Shown here: piece by piece, positions 1 through 10,805 of the stretch
Layout of the letters: every line of letters begins with the position of its first letter
How positions within the stretch are numbered: the first letter of the stretch is position 1
Source of the DNA: Adineta vaga
Taxonomy: Eukaryota > Animalia > Rotifera
DNA: 64,000 nt
NCBI GenBank assembly: GCA_021613535.1
Contig: CP075492.1
Coordinates: forward strand, 4,836,001-4,900,000
Direction: 5' to 3'
Program-made: the position numbers and the translations under genes
Notes under the pieces: generated by a model
What the model was told of the DNA's origin: nothing
What the model saw: the letters and a program-made list of their open reading frames with translations, nothing else
The model's database searches: none

Positions 1-164
1 ACAGAGGTGCTATAGGATGTTGCAACAGAGAATTCAACATTTACAAAAGTAATTTTCATTAATCTCGTGGTGGTTATCCTAGTTGAAGGCTCATCAAGAA
101 TATTTCATATTAATTTATGATATCTATAGAAAATATCATAAATTTTCTACAGATAAACAAATAG

Positions 165-392
165 AAGGTCGATTTATCGACATTTATGCCATTTACGATT
201 CGGAAAGCTATGCGTTCAGAACGTTTGTTCGTTAAAAATGAAATCAAAACTTGTGCAGCACTCACTTTGCGTCATATGGAATTTGAATTTGTGGAGATTA
301 ATTCAATGCTAACACAAATGACTGGTCGTGTCGGATTTGGTATTGCACCTCCGTACAAGAATGTCCAAATTCAATATGGATATATTCATTAA
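165..392 (+). CDS. Probable terminal exon of an unknown gene that starts upstream of the window
   Basis: Open frame after AAATAG (159-164) reads KVDLSTFMPFTIRK...GRVGFGIAPPYKNVQIQYGYIH*; no family recognised. Confidence 0.3.
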   Translation, partial: KVDLSTFMPFTIRKAMRSERLFVKNEIKTCAALTLRHMEFEFVEINSMLTQMTGRVGFGIAPPYKNVQIQYGYIH

Positions 393-499
393 GAATGAGT
401 TTCTTCGTCTTTTTGTTTTAATCAATTAGTAAAGGCGTGATAGGGAAACAACACAACTATTATACACACAACATAGAAAAGTCTAGTAGAACCATCGGA

Positions 500-1468
500 T
501 TAAACACGAGAGTTTTGTAAGATAGCGCCAGTTATCATAGTACCATTTCCAAGATATGTATGTCTTGATATTTTATAATAAACAGTTTTAGCTAATTTAT
601 AAAAATCTCGACGAAATGATTTTGACGCAATAAAATAGGTGTAGAAAGGTATTGTACTATTAGAAAATAATAAGAGGTATGCAATATTAAGTATGAAACC
701 TTCAATTTGTGAATACAGAATACTTTTATTAGATAAACTATTTGAACTAATTATTGTTTCGAGAAGAGTAATTGGATATAATAGTGTCGTAACAATATAG
801 GTAATTATTTCAGCAGAAACAATGAGTAATAAATCTCGATCTTTTCGTTGCAATGTATAATTTCGTGCCATTGGTCGAACACGAATTCGTACTTTCTGTA
901 TATTTTGATAAGTTAAATAACCGAATAGAGCTGATGTGATAGTTGGAAATAGACTAACAAATAGAAGTGCGAAAATAGTTGAATAAATACCAGATGCAGC
1001 ACATCGTCCATTTGTCACGGTTCTCATGAGAGGAACATGTAGAGTAAATACTGACCAAAAAAGAAAAGAAAACAAGATGAAATATTTTGCCCGTTTAATT
1101 GTAGAAAATGCTCGAACATTAATACGAACACTTGTAATCAGAAAACGATCAATACACGCAAATAGAAATATTGTTTTCGCTGTTTGTCCAAGAATATTTA
1201 ATACATAAGCAGATACTTTACAAAAAATTATCGAATTTAGTGTTCCACTACTACAATCAAAAGGAAATATTTGAAAATAAGCATTCACCGTTAAAAATAC
1301 CGCATTGACAACAGCTGCACTTGTTATATAAAATGGACATGCAGTTTTACATTGTCGACTAAACATAATAATGATAAATATATTACCAATATTTCCCATA
1401 ATTGTAAAAATTGCATTTACATAAAGATTGAGTTGATTTTGAATAACTATTAAAGTTGATGAGGCCAT
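500..1468 (-). CDS. Intronless rhodopsin-like (class A) orphan GPCR
   Basis: Seven hydrophobic segments; GNIGN in TM1, C-K at top of TM3, IDRF (DRY-like), PFYTY...SKSFR (NPxxY/helix-8-like). Confidence 0.9.
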   Translation of the reverse strand: MASSTLIVIQNQLNLYVNAIFTIMGNIGNIFIIIMFSRQCKTACPFYITSAAVVNAVFLTVNAYFQIFPFDCSSGTLNSIIFCKVSAYVLNILGQTAKTIFLFACIDRFLITSVRINVRAFSTIKRAKYFILFSFLFWSVFTLHVPLMRTVTNGRCAASGIYSTIFALLFVSLFPTITSALFGYLTYQNIQKVRIRVRPMARNYTLQRKDRDLLLIVSAEIITYIVTTLLYPITLLETIISSNSLSNKSILYSQIEGFILNIAYLLLFSNSTIPFYTYFIASKSFRRDFYKLAKTVYYKISRHTYLGNGTMITGAILQNSRV

Positions 1469-2804
1469 TTGTTCGTTTATAATGATTACAAATTATTTAA
1501 GATACAATTAAACAACTGTTTTTATCTAGAAATTAAAACAAAACTAAAAATAATACAGTATACTTTGATGATTAGTCGTTGAACTTTGCTTATGTTTTCT
1601 ATCTCTCGCATATATGAATGTAATAAGTAATAAAATCATGTATTTTGAACAACTTTTGTTCTACCCATATTTTTTATCCAAGACACTTTCTTGTGTTCGA
1701 CATATGTAAATCAATTCGTTACATTTAATCACGATTTTATGAAAAGTCTTTTTCTAATGTATATGTCAAATACAGAAAAACAAATTCAATTTGATAAACT
1801 TGCCTATAGCATACCGGCTGCTTTCCAAGACGAAATACACCATGTTCTCAAAATTGAAACAGTTGAGATATATATTCTCTTCTTCTTCTTTTCCTCTGTT
1901 TATATATACATTGGCAAACATAAGTAATACACTTAGCTTTTTACATTTGATTATCTCATAGATAAGACTTACACCTCATATTTATAGAGCAGTTATATAC
2001 TTTTATCGGCGAAGTCTTTTACGAAACCCTCAAAACAAACGTATCGAAGCGCATTTAACTTGTCAATCTTATTCTCAACATAATTAAATGTAAGAAAAAT
2101 CAGACGCATCACTTAATTCCATTAGAAGGACATATGAGTTCATAATAATTCGAACTTTTATTGTTTTATGAAGAAACTATAATCTGTAAATGAACTGTTT
2201 TCTATAATTTTTCTACTCCCATTTGTTCTCAAAGTGTAAACTTCACATCGGAAGAAATCGGCAATGAATAGAAAGAATATTATATACTTCCTTGCTTTTA
2301 TATAATTTTAGATTATCCGTTCTTGTTTTAATTAAAAATAGTCGTCATTGCATTTGATTACTTATTATCTCTACTTCATATTCCTAATGTGTCTATGATG
2401 AGCAGCAGATGAGATGTTCTAATTAGATCTTATTTATATTCCCAACATTGATTACTCTCATGTCCTAAATATAGTACATATCAAGTTTCCTTCACATCTC
2501 TTTTTTGCTCAACTTTTTATCAATCGTTAACATATTCGATCGAATGTAAACTTTTGAAAAAAATGCATCAATATGCAAAGAATAGTATCATTTGCATTTC
2601 TTTTGTTTTTATAGTACTCAGCTGTCTGGTAAATTGTATTCTATGATTTATTAATCATTCTGAGTAGAATTTTCAAGTCAAGTTTATTTGATATGTTTAC
2701 ATTGAACAATACTTAGATTTGAACTAAGACTTGTATTTTAGGAATCAACACTGCATTCGTAAATGATATATTTATAATATGCATGTTAACTATTTTTTGT
2801 ATAG

Positions 2805-2936
2805 GATGGTCTCACCGATGCCCTGCATCATACACGAGACTTGCACACGACTTCTGTTTTACTGTATGGAAAAGTTTTAGTTACCGGCGGTGAGAATGAT
2901 AATGGTTGGCTTTTGAACAATGTAGAATTATATTAA
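2805..2936 (+). pseudogene. Orphan Kelch-repeat terminal exon remnant
   Basis: After acceptor TTTTTGTATAG it reads DALHHTRDLHTTSVLLYGKVLVTGGENDNGWLLNNVELY*, one Kelch repeat (R..HT.SVL..GKVLVTGG...ELY); no upstream exons recognised; absent from the ORF track. Confidence 0.7.
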
Positions 2937-3659
2937 CCATTTTTGAATAAGAGATAAGCATAATGCAAATCTTTCTGATATTTGATAGAATTAGTCTCTC
3001 TTGAAAATGCAAATGTTTGCGATGGAAGAATATCACACATAAGACAAGTGAGCAAAACAGTCTGAAGATGTCTGTAGAATTCTATCTTATCTATTTTCAT
3101 CGTGACCAATGCAGTTCACATTCATTCTGTTATCTAAAGACAATAATAGCGATTTGATAGTTAGTTTTTTCGAAAGAAAACATTCTAGATTATTTCAATA
3201 GTACTAGTCAGATCTACTTCCTATTAGCTTTGTATAACTTCAACAATATAAAAGGGAATCTGTGAAGATTGAATTCTGAACATTGCCTGATTTAATAACA
3301 TATTTTAATTTATGTACATGTCGATGAATAAAGTATACTTTTATCAAACAATTTACTGAAATTTTTTAAATAAATAACAACAGAAAAAGAAATGTTATCA
3401 GTTATCGAAATATCTAAATATAACAATAGTAGAAAGATTTATTTTCACTTTATGGATATGGTTATAAACGGATCATAGGATCCGTATTATTCAATGCTTA
3501 TCCTCACAAGACATCGAGTTTTGTTGTTTTTCTTCTGAAAGCAGAGGAAAATGCACATCTGCTTCTCATTCCCATTGATAAAAAAATCGACTTTGCAATC
3601 AGAATAGTGATTCTATTTGTCAATCTTGATTTCTTTCTCATAAGCTTCATATTTCAGAG

Positions 3660-3667
3660 TATAAATA
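3660..3667 (+). promoter_or_regulatory. Candidate TATA box of the M23 gene
   Basis: TATAAATA about 40 nt upstream of ATG 3705; AATAAA at 4195-4200 follows the stop. Confidence 0.45.
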
Positions 3668-3704
3668 TCCAATCTGCACGTTTTTATGCATAACATCAAA
3701 TCAC

Positions 3705-4148
3705 ATGATGACTAAACTGTTCTTCGTTTCACTTCTTGCACTTTGTGCAGTCGTCGTCGTCGCTCATTTACCTATTCCAAGTAAACCAGTTACCACTCCA
3801 TTTGGTAAAAAAGGTAGTTGGGCAGCTGGCTATCATACCGGTGATGATTATGCTTGTCCCGTTGGAACAAGTGTTCGTGCTACAGCTAGCGGTACAGTCA
3901 TCAATGCAAATTGGGGTGCTGACTACGGTACACATGTTGTTGTTGAATCTCCTGATAAAATTCGTCAACTCTATGCACATTTAAGTAAGAAATCAGTCAG
4001 TGCTGGACAAAAGGTTTCAGCTGGACAAGAAATTGGAAAAAGTGGAAATACAGGACGATCAACTGGTCCACATCTTCACTACGAAGAACGAGTTTCTCCA
4101 TATGCATATAGAAATCATCGAAAACCACAATTAAACAAGGCACATTAG
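3705..4148 (+). CDS. Secreted M23-family (lysostaphin-type) zinc peptidoglycan endopeptidase, bacterial-type
   Basis: Signal peptide; HTGDD (HxxxD), YAHLS and GPHLHYE (HxH) Zn motifs; intronless. Confidence 0.93.
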   Translation: MMTKLFFVSLLALCAVVVVAHLPIPSKPVTTPFGKKGSWAAGYHTGDDYACPVGTSVRATASGTVINANWGADYGTHVVVESPDKIRQLYAHLSKKSVSAGQKVSAGQEIGKSGNTGRSTGPHLHYEERVSPYAYRNHRKPQLNKAH

Positions 4149-4501
4149 AAAAGATATTTTTCTAAAGTTTCATTTCGAAATGTTTATGCTTTCAAATAAA
4201 ACTTATAATAATGATTCATATAATATCTTTATTATATCAATGTCTCTTCAAATACAATTCTATGGTAATAATATATAGATTTGTTTCATAGTGTCGGAAA
4301 AAATGAAGACGATAGTGAATAGTTTATTGACTTTTGTTCTATTACATCTGCAAGACTAATATTACATACGTGTCACAATTCTTAAATGTTACTTGATCTC
4401 TTTCCATCAAATCTATATATATATGTCATGACTGATTATAATACTAGTAGATTTTTTTTCTTCCCAATTATTTGTTTCTAAGAGTAAAGACAATTATAGT
4501 A

Positions 4502-7500
4502 ATGAAGATAATAAAAACAATACTCTTCGTAATTATATTTCCGTTAGTTGATGTAACTGTCTATTTATATAATACTATTGATAATCCTTCAGTCGAATTC
4601 TATGATTGTATTCAACACGAAGATTTGTTTTATTGTTTACGTCCAAAAGAACCAATAACGTTGAATCGAAGCAATAATCAGTATGAAATGTGATAATGAT
4701 GGAATTGAACATTTATTCTCAGAACTTCAGTTTAAAAATATCAGTATCAGCATGGTATTACATCAATATAATTCAAGTGTTACAGCAGCTGAACAATATG
4801 CTCACTATCTGAAAAATTCAAATCAAGTTGACGATTATCTATGTGAATGTACAAATCCTAAATCATTTGGAACATATTGTGAATATTTGTTATTTGAAGG
4901 TACAACATTCGCGGAAACTCTTAGTTTACAGACGATGATAAAAGAAAATAATTTACCTGACGTTCAGTTCTATGGTAAAATTGTCTGTTATGAAACATTA
5001 AAATGTTATTCAGGTCTTCTATGTTTGGATTGGAGAGATATATGCGATGGTCTTCAACAATGTATGTTCGGATTAGATGAAGAACATTGTGATAAACTCG
5101 AATATAATGAATGTGAAGATGATGAATATCGATGTATGAATGGTATGTGTATTCCGGAAGAATATTTTCTTGATGGACAGTTGGATTGTTTGGATTGGAG
5201 TGATGAAATTGCCTATTATGATGATTTAAATTGTGCAAAACAAAGTGCTAGTATGCAATGTGATGATCGAATTTGTCCACCATATGAATTTTCGTGCGGT
5301 GATGGACAATGTATTTCTGATCGATTTGATTTTCAAATTAAACAAGGAGATAAAACAGAATGTCGAAGTCGTCGGGAACAATTTTTTATCTGTGAAACAC
5401 ATTATATCAAAGATATGTGGACATTATCTAGTGGACGTTGCTTCGAAGGACATAAATATGAAGAATCAACTATGATCAATCGTACTTGTATTGAAGAATG
5501 TCAATACATTCTATTATGTGATTTAGCTGGAGCAATTGAAGCAAATTGCCCTTGTGGTGGAAATAATACCTATTGCAATGATGAACTCAGGAGTGTATGT
5601 TCTTCTAATTATACTCAATATCCAAAAGAAGGAATAATGGCTCCATATGTTTTATTTATGTATCCAACCAACTATTCATTAAGACCCAGTTTCATGTGGA
5701 TCAATGGAACAATAAAATGTGATGGAATAGCTACTTTTATCCCTGGCATTGAACTTATATTCAATTCTCAACTTCGTCAAGTGCAAGAATATATATGTCA
5801 ATGGGCAAGAAATAGGTCTTCATCGAATAATCATTCTGTTCATCAATGCTACTATCAACACTCTTTGAGTTTCAATAACCATCCGTATAATATGACTAAT
5901 ATCTGTAATAATTCAACTACATGTGTTTCATTATATCGAATTAAAGATGGATTTATGAACTGTCTGGATAATATGGATGAAATGACGAATATATCTGTAT
6001 CGGAAATATGCTCTCATCTCGAACGTTATCGTTTTCGATGTTCAGTGAATGAACCTACGTGTTTAACTGTTAATACTCTTGGCAATCATCATCAAGATTG
6101 TACAAATAAATTTGATGAACTCTGGTTCGGTACAAAAACTAAAATAAATGAAATTCGTTGCAATGCGGTATCGAAAGATCAATGTCAAATGCTTCGACAA
6201 TACATTGAAAAATCGTGGACAACAGATCATATAAACGAAGTTACTGGACAATATCAAATTCCATTTCATTACTATTGTGATACATTCTGGGATTTAGGTA
6301 CGAAAGACGATGAAAATTTAATTGAATGTAAACATCGGTGGATTTGTTCGAATAACCAATGGCAATGTAATACTGGACAGTGTATTGATGAAAAATGGGT
6401 ATTGGATGGAGAATGGGATTGTTCCGATGGATCGGATGAAGGTGATATTTTTTTCCATCGATTTCTCCACAGAATCTACCTGTTATAGAGCTTGTCGAGC
6501 TAATGAATCGATTTACAACGTTAAACACAACGATTCCATTTTCAAAAATTTGCAATTTGAAAACTGAATTTCCATGTCTTGTAGTCAATATTTCTGAATC
6601 AGTAACGAATTTTACACGTCATCATCTTTGTATCAGTCGTCAACAGATTGGCGATGATCGTATTGATTGTTATGGAGGTATCGATGAACGCAACAGAATG
6701 ACACATTGTGATCAATCAACAATGCTTGGATATGATTTTAAATGTAATTCAAACGTTCAATGTATTCCCTATCGAGATCATTGCTTTGGACAACGATGTG
6801 AGAATAGTTTAGATGATCATTTCTGGTGTCATCTCCGACAAAATTTACATAGTTGTTATAATTTTTCGGATGCCGTATGTTTTAATAAAGAATGCATTCG
6901 ACAAGGACGATGTAATGGAAAAATAGATTGTCTATTTGGTGAAGATGAATATATGTGTGAACATCAAAGTGTTATAAAATCAACAGGTTCACATTATCGT
7001 CAAGATAAAGAAATTGGGGTCAAAAAAACGGAACGTAAACTTCAATTAATTCATTTTCCGACAAATTCGAATATTACTAAAATAACGATGAATTCTACTT
7101 CTGTCACAGAATCACTATTTATGGGACCATTGGATCTTATTTCAACACGAATTATTTATGAATGTAATCGAGGTATTGGTATACGAATGCATACGAATTC
7201 CATTGCTTGTTTCTGTCCACCACAATATTATGGTGATAGATGTGAATTTCATACTGATCGCATCATTGTACTTCTTCACCTGAATTATTCTGAATCGATT
7301 TATGCAATGATTACCGATGATAAATTAGTTCTCAAAATATTAGTTCTCTTGCTTTTCAACAACGAAACAATTGCTAATCATCTTTTTCATTCTCGACCGA
7401 CAAATGAACTACACACTTTTTCAAAGAAAACAATACATTTTCTCTATTCCCGTGCAACTCGATTTCTTCTACATAAACAACAACGATATGAAAATCATTC

Positions 7501-9936
7501 AAATATCATTAATGAACAGCCCTATTCAATTCGTATCGAAATATATGAAAGACAGACTTCGGAAATGCCATTACGTATTGCAGTTTGGCAATATCCAATC
7601 TATTTTGATTATTTACCTGTATTTCGTTTCGCTAAAGTTCTTCGTTTCTCAACATTAACTACGAAACATAATCCTTGCTCCAACAATCCTTGTAACAACA
7701 ATCAAGAGTGTTATCCATTACTAAATGAGAGATCGAAATATATCTGTCTTTGTAAAAGCAATTTTACAGGAGAAAATTGTTCTATCGAAAATCAGATTTG
7801 TACTAGTGGTTACTGTTCATTTGGATCAATATGTAAACCAGATTATCAAGGAGTATTACTTGGAAATCAATTACCTTATTGTATTTGTCCATTTAATCGA
7901 TTTGGTGAACGATGTTATTTGACATATGATCAATGTATATATTTAAATCGTTGCAAAAATAATGGAACTTGTTTTCCAGCTTCGAAACCTGATAGTTATC
8001 AATGTTTATGTACTGATCAATATTATGGTAGAAATTGTCATTTGAAAAAATCAGAAACGACATTACATATAAATAAGACTGTTAGTTATAGTGCAGCTGT
8101 TATTCAATATTTTGATATTGATTTTCTTTTAATGAATCTTGTACTTGCTCAACAAGAAGTTTATCAAACACTTCCTGCATTCCATTATTATCGACATACA
8201 CAAAATACAGCACCAGAACTTATTCTAATCAAACTATACTCTCAAGAAATCAATGTTCCTGCTGAAATTTATCTACTTTCTGTTCATATCGATGTAACGT
8301 CCATTTCTGCAACTACTCAAATAATCGAACAAAATCGATGTGTAGATGTTCATTCATTGATTTCTGACAATATCACAGATATTTCTGACAATTACTTTCC
8401 AATTATATATCATAATATCTGCCAGAAAAATGAGAATCTACTGTGTTTTAAAGACGATGTCTACCTATGTATCTGTAGTGAAGAGCACAATCGAGTTGAT
8501 TGTTTTACTTATGACAAACATCTTGATCAATGTTTCGATTGTTTAACCAATGGTCGTTGTATAAAAGGAAATCGAACTCAAATGAATCATTTTCTGTGTC
8601 TATGTCCGCCATGTTACTCCGGAGCTAGATGTCAATTCAATTCAAATTCATTTGCATTTACTCTTGATCAACTCTTCTTCGTAGATCTTACTTCAACAAA
8701 ATCGAAGATCCTTATGTATTTATTAATCATCTTTTCCATCATTATGTTTCTGATTGCATTACCAAATAATATCTTCTCGTTTATGACATTTCGTCGACAA
8801 AAATGTCTTTCTAGTGGTATTGGTCAATATCTATTTTGTATGAGTGTTGTCAATCAAATTAATATATGTGTTCTCGTCGCACGTCTCATACATTTAACTG
8901 TTATCATCACGGGTATCAATGGAAATCAAACTATTGATAATATTCTTTGTAAAGTATTGAATTACTCATTGACATGTTCTACACGTATGGTCTATTGGTT
9001 AGTATCATTTGTCGCAGTTGATCGCGTGTATACAGTCGTCTTTTTAAGAGGGCAATGGCTGAAAAAACCTTATATCGCTCGTCGTTTGTTAGTACTGACA
9101 TTTACCTTACTTGCTATCTCTGGTGCATATGAACTCACATTTATGAAAGTCATTCAAATGAATAATATGAATAGTCGTAGCAGTATGTGTGTCATTGAGC
9201 TACCGTTGACTTATCAAAATATGTGGATACGTATTCATCAGATTGTGTCAATTCTAAACTTTATTTTACCGTTAGTAATCAATATTTGTTGCACTATTAC
9301 AATTATTTATATAATTATTCAAACAAAGATGAATATTCGTACATCAGATAATTGTAAGTATCAATATCATTTCGATTGTCATCATTAAGAGTATTATTCT
9401 TCAAATATAGTTCTCAATGCAGACACAGGAGAACAGCAGCAAAATCAATCCGTTGAAAATAATTATAGGAAAAATGCCTTTCAAATTTCAGGTAATGAAT
9501 ATTTCCGAATATGTCTTAAAATAACATTGAATACTTTTTAGAGGATATAAAAACAAAAGAAACACGTTATCGATTTAATGTATTACGTGATGTATTAAAT
9601 GATCATAAAGAAATGATCGCACGACCTGCTGTTACACTTGTTCCTTCCATGTTTTCATTGTTTTCAATGCCAATCTTCATTGCTTCATTCTCACTTGGAT
9701 GTCAAAATCTAGAAAATAATCCCATTCGTTATCTTTTAATTGTATTATATTTCATCTCATTTATTCCTCAAATGATTACTTTCTTTCTCTATGTATATCC
9801 ATCTTCACTTTATTTTAATGAATGGCGTTTAACAAATATCGGTCAACGGTTATCAACTTCTCGAGAACAAAGTCATCAACAAAATACCGCATTAATTTAC
9901 ACTATTAAGGAAGAAATATTAGATAATGCCTTATAG
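4502..9936 (+). CDS. Large LDLa-repeat + EGF + 7TM GPCR, with two apparent frameshifts (~4685 and ~6450)
   Basis: Signal peptide at ATG 4502; LDLa repeats (CDGLQQC..DE, DGQLDCLDWSDE, DGEWDCSDGSDE); EGF repeats (CFCPPQYYGDRC, CLCKSNFTGENC); 7TM with VDRV; last exons 9411-9491 and 9542-9936 join in frame via GT-AG introns 9354-9410 and 9492-9541. Confidence 0.85.
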
Positions 9937-10273
9937 GATGTGAATGATATTCGACATGTTTAATACGCAAACTCATTCATTTTCTTTTTCATAGCTTTTG
10001 TTTGTTTGAATAAAATCAAGCAAGAAGAGATGCCGTCTCTTTAATATCGTATAAAATTATATGATTGTGAGGAATAAACCAAGTTTGATTTAAACAACAC
10101 AAAAGAATGATATGAGAAAATTCCGAAATCGTTAAAATTTTCTTCTTGCAATTCATTTGACACACTGAAACTTTAATCTTAACCAAATAGAAAGAAAGAA
10201 AAACTGCATATATAATGCTTGCCATTTTTCTTCTTCATTCAAAACAAAAACATCATAACAACATCGCTCTGCT

Positions 10274-10603
10274 ATGCTAGATGCAGCCATCAAAAGATTA
10301 TTGTATGATTCATGCTCTGGTAACCATTATGCAACCTTTAGAAACCATTTATCTTTATCAGAAATTAATACACCTTTGGATGATGAAGACAACACTGCTT
10401 TGCACATTGCAACATTTCATGGTTATGCAGATATTATTCGTTTGTTATTACGCTACCATGCAAATCGAACTGTAGTAAATAATGAAGGAAAAACTCCTGA
10501 GCAGATGATAACCGATGAGGATATCAAACAGATGTTCGAAAGCAGCTCTCTTCAATTTGCATCGACTCCTACAGATAATCAAATTGAATGTGATCGACGT
10601 TAA
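10274..10603 (+). pseudogene. Short ankyrin-repeat ORF, probably a truncated remnant of a longer ANK protein
   Basis: NTALHIATFHGYADIIRLLLRYHANRTVVNNEGKTP is an ankyrin consensus; the frame ends abruptly and further stops follow. Confidence 0.6.
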
Positions 10604-10805
10604 CAAACAGATCTTTCGTGAGGATGTGGATGAGGAAGACAAATAAACACTCACACCCGTCTTTCATACACATTGCTAATTCGGAATAAACAAGAACTTT
10701 TATATATATTTTTCTCTCGTAATATTTCATTTATGGTATTAATTTTACTTTTCGTGTTGAAACAACTTCTAAATATAAGCGATGATACAATCGTATAAAT
10801 GACTT

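Noticed and set aside
1691-1927. Short ORFs such as 1691-1927, 23765-24007, 31791-32359, 48088-48548, 50556-50741 and the nested ORFs within large genes
   Set aside because: No motifs, mostly non-ATG starts and low-complexity AT-rich composition; expected by chance
4683-6503. Programmed or mutually compensating frameshifting in the LDLa-GPCR
   Set aside because: The shifts are 1.8 kb apart with no convincing stimulatory structure; error or mutation is simpler
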